Positions 26,231-32,000 of a stretch of DNA of 32,000 nucleotides are shown here, one piece after another (position 1 is the stretch's first letter; every line of letters begins with the position of its first letter). The DNA is from Desulfobacterales bacterium. GTDB taxonomy: Bacteria > Desulfobacterota > Desulfobacteria > Desulfobacterales > JAFDDL01. Location of the stretch: assembly GCA_963675725.2 (NCBI GenBank), contig CAXXXZ010000003.1, positions 487,626 to 519,625 of the forward strand. Reading direction: 5' to 3'. The position numbers and the translations under genes were made by a program. The notes beneath the pieces are model-generated. The model was not told the DNA's origin. It worked only from the letters and a program-made list of their open reading frames with translations, and did no database searches.

Positions 26231-28012
26231 TGGTCAGGCGCCACCCGGGCCAACTCCAGTCGCCCTACGGGCTCCTTCCGTTGTCCCGGGTGAAAAACAT
26301 AACAGCAGTAAAAACACAACCGACTTAGAGCTTAACTACACTGAAAAGTTGTCTGAACCAGGGGGGCCACCGCAAAGGCACTACCAATCGCGTTTTGATA
26401 ATAGATACCCGGGACAGCGCCGAATACATCGAAGGGCACATTATAGATGCCATAAACATTCCTTTTGCGCTCATTGCTGAAAGCGGGGAGCCGTTATACA
26501 CAAATGGATATGATGAGGTCAGTACGACAGCTTCAACCCAGCTCGCCGACAGCTGGTTTGCCCATATATTGATCAATCAATTGACGAACGATTTTACCTC
26601 GACCTACGAAGATTCCAAAATCATTTTTTACGGTGCCAGCGCAAGTGAAGCGAGGAATGTTGCAAAAGAAATTGGCTATTCGGATGTATCCAAATTAAAC
26701 GCTGATTATGACGACTGGAACGCCAATTATTCAAATTTTACTGAAACATGTGCGCCAGGTGTGATAGCAATAGACCAGGAAAGCAATACATTTACGTTTT
26801 CAGCCGTCATCAACGCTGACAATTATGAAAATGTCTCTCAAAAAGGCACCCATCATGCCATCGTTTACAAAGGTGGCGGTTTGGCATTCTATAGTCTATT
26901 ACAGGCAAATATACCGCCTTTCTGTTTTCAGGAGCTTATGACTTATCTGGGTGCTATCCCCGATGGAAACATGGCAGATGGCATCTACTACGGTGATGCT
27001 GATGAATACGGCAGTAAGCACACCGATGGACAACGAATTGATTTTGCCGTCACATGGGAAGGTGCTGGCCGTTATTACAGCATTGAAGATTTGTTTGATG
27101 AAATGCCATCGGCCTATGATTCAGATCCAGAGGCATTTATACCCCTTGGCATGGAGGCGAGAATTGGTGGAACACGGGATTCCAATATGAACTGGAATCC
27201 CGGCTGTATTTTATGTTTATATTCTTGCGTCTGCGGAATAACGAGCAACTCCAAAGCAAATGACGACACTTGGTTTGAAGATGGCGGGATCTATGACCCT
27301 TATGGTCTGCCAGATGACCCGCGGAATTACTATGCCGGGCGCTTTTATCCCAAATCCGGTCTTTTGCCTGGCCCGGGCGAAGAGGTCACTATTAAGGTTA
27401 CAATTGTGGACGATGATGTGGCGGCCACATCAGAAGCAACCCTTCTTACCTACCTCCAAAATGGAGATACTTCGGAAAATTCACAGGATCGTATCTTGGT
27501 TGTGGATACCCGTAGCAGTGAAAAATATATCAAAGGGCATATTAAAGATGCACTGAATGTGCCCTATCATATGGCGCAAAGCGGTGGCCTTCCGCTATAC
27601 ACCAACGGTTGGGATGAAGTCTCCACAACAGCATCCGACCAAATATCCGATTCCTGGCTGGCCCATCTGCTCGTCAACCAACTCGTCAACGATTTTTCAT
27701 CCACTTATCAGGAATCACACATCATATTTTACGGCGATAATAGTTACACGATGGCCAAAGTTGCTGAACAAATAGGCTACACTGATGTTTCTGTCCTCAA
27801 CGATGTATATGAACAATGGGTGACCAGCAATCCAGACGAGATCGAAATGTATGCACCAGGCGTTATTGAAGTAAATGAAACGGAAGGAAGTTTTACATTC
27901 ACGGGTTTCATCAACAGCAGCAATTATGAAAACGTCTCCACCCGACCCACCCACCATGGGATCACGTATAAAGGTGGGGCGCTCAGCTTTTACAGTTATT
28001 TTGTCGCCAACA

Positions 28013-28022
28013 CCCCCCCCCC
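28013..28022 (+). repeat. C10 homopolymer at the frameshift point of the lipoprotein gene
   Basis: GCC AAC A-CCCCCCCCCC-TTTGTTTTC. With 10 C the frame runs into TGA at 28033-28035. With 9 C it reads ANTPPLCFHELLVYLG, colinear with module 1 (ANIPPFCFQELMTYLG). Confidence 0.9.
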
Positions 28023-29094
28023 TTTGTTTTCATGAACTTTTGGTCTACTTAGGTGTTAGCCCGGAAGGAAATATGGCAGATGGTATATATTATTGCACCA
28101 CTGAAGAATATGCCGGCAAGTACCCGAACGGCGCCAGAATCGATTACGCTGTAACCTGGTCGGGTGCGGGCCAGTATTATTCCATAACTGAGCTATTTGA
28201 AGAAAAACCATCGGAGTATCATCCCGCCCCTGATTCTTTTACACTACTTGGTATCGAACCGCGAATGGGCGGGACTCGGGACTCCAACCTGCTATGGAAT
28301 CCGGGATGCATATTCTGCATGTATGCCTGTGTATGTGGAATTTCAAGCAATGCAAAAGCAAATGAAGATACATGGTTTGCCGACAGTGGAATTTACGATA
28401 CCTTCGGCCAGCCGGACAATCCGCGAAACTATTATGCCGGGCGGTATTTTCCAAGATACGACCTGATGCCAGGGCCAGGAGAACCGGTTCAGTTCAAGGT
28501 AACAATTACCGAATAAAACCATATTTGCCCCCAATATTTCCACGCGTTATTTTTTTTGTTGAAATCAGTTTTGATTCTTAGCGTGCTGTTTTTAGGGTCA
28601 AAAACATTCGCCTAAAATGTATTTCGTTGTGTTTCTCGATGTATTAGTCTGTATTTTAAATCACTTATCTTGGCCCGACGGATCAAGTAAATTAATCTAA
28701 TTCCCTGTCGCTCCCCGCATATGAGAAGCGGCTTGGACCCGGTTCGGATTAATACATCCATGCCCCCTAATACCCCATGGAAACTTTTTTTTAAACGCCC
28801 CCTCCACCGGGTAGCAAACATTCTATTTCCCAAATCTGTCCATTTCGGCAATATCATCCAAATCCGTATACTTGACATAATGGCGATTATCAGTCATGAA
28901 AATCCTATGAGATTCACACTGGCAAGATGCACAGCCTTAAATTTGCCTGCTTTTCACGAACGAAAGCAATTTCTTATCCATTATCCATTTGCAACGCGTA
29001 GTGTCGAATGAAGTAGATCAACAGAGTGATGAGGCGGCTGACATGATTAGCGTCAGCAAACATTAATTTGTCATTTTGAAGGAGGATGCAGAGT

Positions 29095-29856
29095 ATGGGC
29101 TTAAAAAACAAGACTGTATTGGTTACCGGAGCAGCCGGCGATATCGGTCGCGCAATCACCAGGCGTTTCGTCAAAGAGGGAGCCAGGGTCATGCAGGCAG
29201 ACCTGAGCGAAGGTCCGATGCAACAAACCGTGCAGGAGCTTGGCGAGGAGTTCTGTGATTATTGTATCCTAGATGTTACCAACGAAGAGCAGACCATTGC
29301 CGCGGTGTCTAAAACGGTCGAGCGCTTTGGAAGCCTGGATGTTTTTATTGCCAACGCGGGCATTGAAGGTCAAATTGGCGATATTGTAGACGGCGACGTC
29401 GCTAATCTGATGCAGGTGCTGGAAGTCAATGTCAAAGGGCCCTGGCTGGGCATGAAACACGCGATCGCCGCGATGCGGGATCAGGGTGGTGGCAGCATTA
29501 TCATTACCTCATCCGGTGCCGGTGTGAAAGGGTCTCCGGGGACGGCGCCCTATAACGCCAGCAAGCACGCTGTGATCGGCTTAATGCGCTGCGCCGCCCT
29601 GGAGTGTGCGCCACATAATATTCGCGTCAACACGGTAAACCCGGGTCCGCTGGAAGGGAGAATGATGGCATCCATCGCTGATGGTTATGGTCCCGAAGTC
29701 TCCGCGCAGTTTTCCGAATTGGTCAGACAGCAAACACCGTTGGGTCGCTTCGGCAAAGCCGATGAAGTGGCATCCTTGATGGTCTTCCTGGCTTCGGATG
29801 ATGCCAGCTACTGCACCGGTGGTGTCTACATGGTCGATGGTGGCAATTCCACCTGA
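29095..29856 (+). CDS. Short-chain dehydrogenase/reductase (classical SDR)
   Basis: TGAAGDIGRAI (TGxxxGxG), NAGI, the catalytic S...YNASKHAV, and PGPL. The ATG at 29095 has GGAGG 9 nt upstream; the ORF opens at 29086. Confidence 0.85.
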   Translation: MGLKNKTVLVTGAAGDIGRAITRRFVKEGARVMQADLSEGPMQQTVQELGEEFCDYCILDVTNEEQTIAAVSKTVERFGSLDVFIANAGIEGQIGDIVDGDVANLMQVLEVNVKGPWLGMKHAIAAMRDQGGGSIIITSSGAGVKGSPGTAPYNASKHAVIGLMRCAALECAPHNIRVNTVNPGPLEGRMMASIADGYGPEVSAQFSELVRQQTPLGRFGKADEVASLMVFLASDDASYCTGGVYMVDGGNST

Positions 29857-29900
29857 TTTCGAAAAAAAATGCACTGAAATTTTATCATATATTTCGGCAT

Positions 29901-29962
29901 TGCGAGGCGCGCAGCAACGAAGCGATCCCCAAGGGCGATCTCATCGGGCTGCGGCCTCGCGA
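29901..29962. repeat. Long imperfect inverted repeat / hairpin downstream of the SDR gene
   Basis: TGCGAGGCGCGCAGC (29901-29915) pairs with GCTGCGGCCTCGCGA (29948-29962), with one offset. It encloses an inner GATCCCC-AA-GGGCGATC hairpin. No T-tract follows. Confidence 0.5.
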
Positions 29963-30196
29963 TGAAAGCCGTAATATAATAAAAATGAAAATATTTTTGT
30001 TACTTAAAAAGAAAACAAATCTTTCTTAACCGCCGCTCAATCTGTCAAGATTCAAGACTTGACACTCTGGTCTTTAATCTTTTTTTATAAGATGGTTTGG
30101 AATAGTAATTTTTGTAAAAGGTTTAAACTTCCATCGCCATTCGATAGAATTTCAATGCTGGTATGTACAAACGCTTAGGCCATTGCGATTTGATCG

Positions 30197-30565
30197 TCAC
30201 ATCCCCCAATTCTCATAGATCTTGCGGGCAAGTTCATTGTTCGCAGAGCCATCAAGGGAAATTCGATCAGATCCACTTGCCCGGGCACGCTCTCTAATTG
30301 AATCCATCAAGGCCGTACCGAGTCCCTCACCTCGAAAATCTTTGTCGGTAGCCATGGACAATAAATAGAAATCACTATCTGAAATGGATTCGATAATTCG
30401 CAGCATTGGTGCAATGAGAATTTTCACGGTTTTCATTCGCAAATAGTGTAACCCTGCGGCCTCATTTATCGGTTGATCAGAAAACCGTCGATAATGTTCG
30501 GAAGTAAAGCCTAACGCCATTCCAACGATACGACTATCATATTCGGCAAAAGACACATTGGTCAT
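30197..30565 (-). CDS. GNAT family N-acetyltransferase, apparently lacking the N-terminal ~40 aa of the fold
   Basis: The acetyl-CoA motif A FRGEGLGTALM and C-terminal NELARKIYENWGM are present. The ORF begins at the beta-2-like EYDSRIVGMALGF, an in-frame stop lies 8 codons upstream, and the next gene is only 32 bp away. Confidence 0.65.
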   Translation of the reverse strand: MTNVSFAEYDSRIVGMALGFTSEHYRRFSDQPINEAAGLHYLRMKTVKILIAPMLRIIESISDSDFYLLSMATDKDFRGEGLGTALMDSIRERARASGSDRISLDGSANNELARKIYENWGM

Positions 30566-30597
30566 ATAGAAGTTATGACGATGATTTTACAGATTTT

Positions 30598-31086
30598 CTA
30601 GATAAAAAATTGATGAAATAAAACAATCCATATCAAAAGCCCAAGTCCAAAGTCAGTGTGATTGATAAAATTGGTTCTCAAAATCTGAGATCGATTTTTT
30701 GATTTTGAAGCCATAATACCAATACCAATGCTGGGAAGTAGCCAAAACCAAGGAAAGCAAATTGTAATGATTCCAAAAACCAGAGACATCCATGCATATT
30801 CGCGGATTAATGATATGTTTGATTCGAGAACCAAATATACTCCTGCTAATGCAATACCAATCAGGTAATGAGATATTAAACACCAGAGTTTTTCATTTTG
30901 TAATTTAGGGCTTTCGTTAATATCTTTATGAACCAATTTTCCTTTAAATATGTAAAGGAACCATCTGCCAACGGCTTCGGGCGAAATAAACGGATAAATG
31001 AGATTTCGTTTGGACAAAAAACCAGCCAACAGATCCATAAAGTATGTTGCAAATATCCCCATTAAAACTGCTTCAAGAATGATCAA
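30598..31086 (-). CDS. DUF2938-family small membrane protein
   Basis: 162 aa with 4-5 hydrophobic spans. The pattern FMDLLAGFL ... GRWFLYIFKG ... HYLIGIALAG matches DUF2938 as I remember it. Confidence 0.6.
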   Translation of the reverse strand: MIILEAVLMGIFATYFMDLLAGFLSKRNLIYPFISPEAVGRWFLYIFKGKLVHKDINESPKLQNEKLWCLISHYLIGIALAGVYLVLESNISLIREYAWMSLVFGIITICFPWFWLLPSIGIGIMASKSKNRSQILRTNFINHTDFGLGLLIWIVLFHQFFI

Positions 31087-31198
31087 TTAAAGTCCCCCTA
31101 CTTTTTTAATTCGATCAAAGGTTAATCTTTATAACGCCGCGTGTCAGGGCGGCATGCTGTTCGCCGTCCCTTGCAAACGCATATTCTCCGAATTGTAA

Positions 31199-31762
31199 TT
31201 ATTTCTTGGGGATGGTCTCTGATTTATCGTAACAGATAAATCCAATAGTTCGCTTTTTTCCTTTGGCTTTAGGCAAATCAATCAATTTTCGAATTTCAGT
31301 AATCAATTCCATTAGAATCTCATCATGATCGCTAACGCGTTTTTCCAACTGGGTAAATTTGCTGGATAGCTTCTCATTTGTCAAAACCATTTCACGTAAG
31401 CGAACAAATGTCCTTACAATGAAAACGCTCATTTTATTCGCCAGGTCCGAATTCAGAACATTTGCTGCTTGCAGAGCACCATGTTCCGTGTAAACCAGAG
31501 GCAATTTTCTCCTACCTCCCCAGCCTGATCTTGATGTCGCAATTTGCGATTTCAAGTCGCTAAACTCCTGATGTGTTAATTGAAACATGAAATCTTCAGG
31601 AAATTTGTTTTTATTACGGCGCACTTGCTCATTAAGCCGCCGTGTCTCGACACCATATAATTCAGCCAGGTCAGAATCTAAAATTACTTTTTCGCCTCTG
31701 ACTACCATTATGATACTTAAAATCCTTCTTTCCGGATCAAGTTTCTTTAGGCTTTTCGTCAA
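31199..31762 (-). CDS. ORF6N (KilA-N-like) DNA-binding domain protein, a type associated with mobile elements and phages
   Basis: VVRGEKVILDSDLAELYGVETRRLNEQVRRNKNKFPEDFMFQLTHQEF...SQIATS...WGGRRKLPLVYTEHGALQAANVLNS is the ORF6N signature. TTG start with GGAAA 7 nt upstream. Confidence 0.8.
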   Translation of the reverse strand: MTKSLKKLDPERRILSIIMVVRGEKVILDSDLAELYGVETRRLNEQVRRNKNKFPEDFMFQLTHQEFSDLKSQIATSRSGWGGRRKLPLVYTEHGALQAANVLNSDLANKMSVFIVRTFVRLREMVLTNEKLSSKFTQLEKRVSDHDEILMELITEIRKLIDLPKAKGKKRTIGFICYDKSETIPKK

Positions 31763-31787
31763 TGACTATTTCCTTTTTTATACGGAG

Positions 31788-31821
31788 CCCTATGGGGCCC
31801 TATGTCCCTATGGCCCTATGG
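31788..31821. repeat. Four tandem copies of the octamer CCCTATGG (one is CCCTATGT) upstream of the ORF6N gene
   Basis: Copies lie at 31788-31795, 31798-31805, 31806-31813 and 31814-31821, with spacings of 10, 8 and 8 bp. They sit 26-60 bp upstream of the TTG start at 31762. Confidence 0.85.
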
Positions 31822-31829
31822 GTCACCCA

Positions 31830-31900
31830 TTAAAGGTCGGGTCAAGAAAAAAAACACCTCCCCTAACAAAAAAACGTACTGTTTTTTCTTTGACCTTTAA
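31830..31900. repeat. Imperfect inverted repeat with perfect 9-bp outer arms
   Basis: TTAAAGGTC (31830-31838) pairs with GACCTTTAA (31892-31900). The arms extend imperfectly inward (GTCAAGAAAAAAAAC versus GTTTTTTCTTTGAC). Confidence 0.7.
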
Positions 31901-32000
31901 GTTGTGTAATAGACTCGATCTTACCTGTCTATTATTTTGTTCCGCGCCCGTTATTTCCGTTTATGGTTCGCGTGGTCTTTGACCCGCATCAGTTGTTGAT

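Larger units (their letters stand above)
25038..26374 (+). mobile_element. IS3-family insertion sequence (1337 bp) with imperfect terminal inverted repeats and a 3-bp target site duplication
   Basis: The ends are TGCGGTGG...(25038) and ...CCACCGCA (26374), giving the TG/CA termini. The IRs share TGCGGTGGYCCCC and GTTAAGCTCT blocks (IRL about 25038-25076, IRR about 26327-26374). AAG is duplicated at 25035-25037 and 26375-26377. It contains orfA and orfB in the 0/-1 frame arrangement. Confidence 0.9.
24902..28516 (+). pseudogene. Disrupted lipoprotein gene made of two tandem [rhodanese-like + 4-Cys domain] modules, interrupted by an IS3-family element and frameshifted in a C10 tract
   Basis: The 5' fragment (24902-25037) reads MREKICFAILIALSVFVVIGCSDSS, a lipobox with GAGGA 8 nt upstream. 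Removing 25038-26377 (the IS plus one AAG copy) joins it in frame to 26378 onward: ...ENGETAE|GTTNRVLIIDTRDSAEYIEGH. Module 2 (from about 27436) repeats module 1. The reading frame breaks at 28013-28022 and resumes in the +1 frame to the stop at 28516. Confidence 0.8.

Noticed and set aside
26193-26480. A 95-aa ORF spanning the right IS end into the lipoprotein gene, and the ORF-track TTG start at 26395 for the lipoprotein body.
   Set aside because: The 95-aa ORF crosses the IS boundary at 26374 and has no protein-like features. The frame of the 26395 ORF is actually open back to the IS junction and continues the interrupted 5' fragment, so it is not an independent gene start.
31788-31821. 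The tandem CCCTATGG repeats as a possible CRISPR or minisatellite array.
   Set aside because: The units are only 8 bp with no spacers and there are only four copies. This is incompatible with CRISPR, so I kept it as a simple tandem repeat or possible binding-site array.

Overview
The window is a chromosomal segment of roughly 50% GC with AT-richer pockets. By gene content (NfnAB-type oxidoreductase pair, periplasmic DsrE-like protein, SCO4490-92-type UbiD/UbiA/UbiX set, PilZ/CheX) it looks like an anaerobic Desulfobacterota/deltaproteobacterial genome; that taxonomic call is inference only. Most of the window is ordinary housekeeping. It holds a 5'-truncated putA-like ALDH, a DsrE-like protein, a ZIP transporter, YwbE, a spermidine-synthase-like methyltransferase, RNase H and thiL. 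It also holds an HD hydrolase, prfB, lnt, nfnBA, tatD and a methyltransferase-radical SAM-ubiA-ubiX-ubiD operon. After that come TerB, an acyl-CoA ligase with an AcuI-like reductase, a cheX-PilZ pair, a PaaI thioesterase, an Lpd-like flavoprotein and an SDR. No tRNA, rRNA or CRISPR array was seen by eye. The items worth a second look are: (1) A ~757-aa lipoprotein gene built from two tandem modules, each a Cys-less rhodanese-like domain plus a conserved 4-Cys domain I cannot assign. It is interrupted by an IS3-family element with a clean 3-bp target duplication and is also frameshifted in a C10 tract. (2) prfB carries the canonical CTT TGA C +1 site and also needs a second +1 shift at CCC CGG inside the coding body. 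(3) A PilZN-PilZ-pseudoreceiver-receiver fusion sits downstream of cheX. (4) A 458-bp stretch between the thioesterase and cheX is densely palindromic and structured, and its coding strand is ambiguous. (5) An AmmeMemoRadiSam-type radical SAM gene is embedded, without its usual partners, in a late-menaquinone-type operon. (6) An AT-rich tail holds a truncated GNAT, DUF2938, an ORF6N gene and tandem octamer repeats. I could not demonstrate a defined novel multi-gene system; the tandem-module lipoprotein and the 22.25-22.71 kb region are the best leads.
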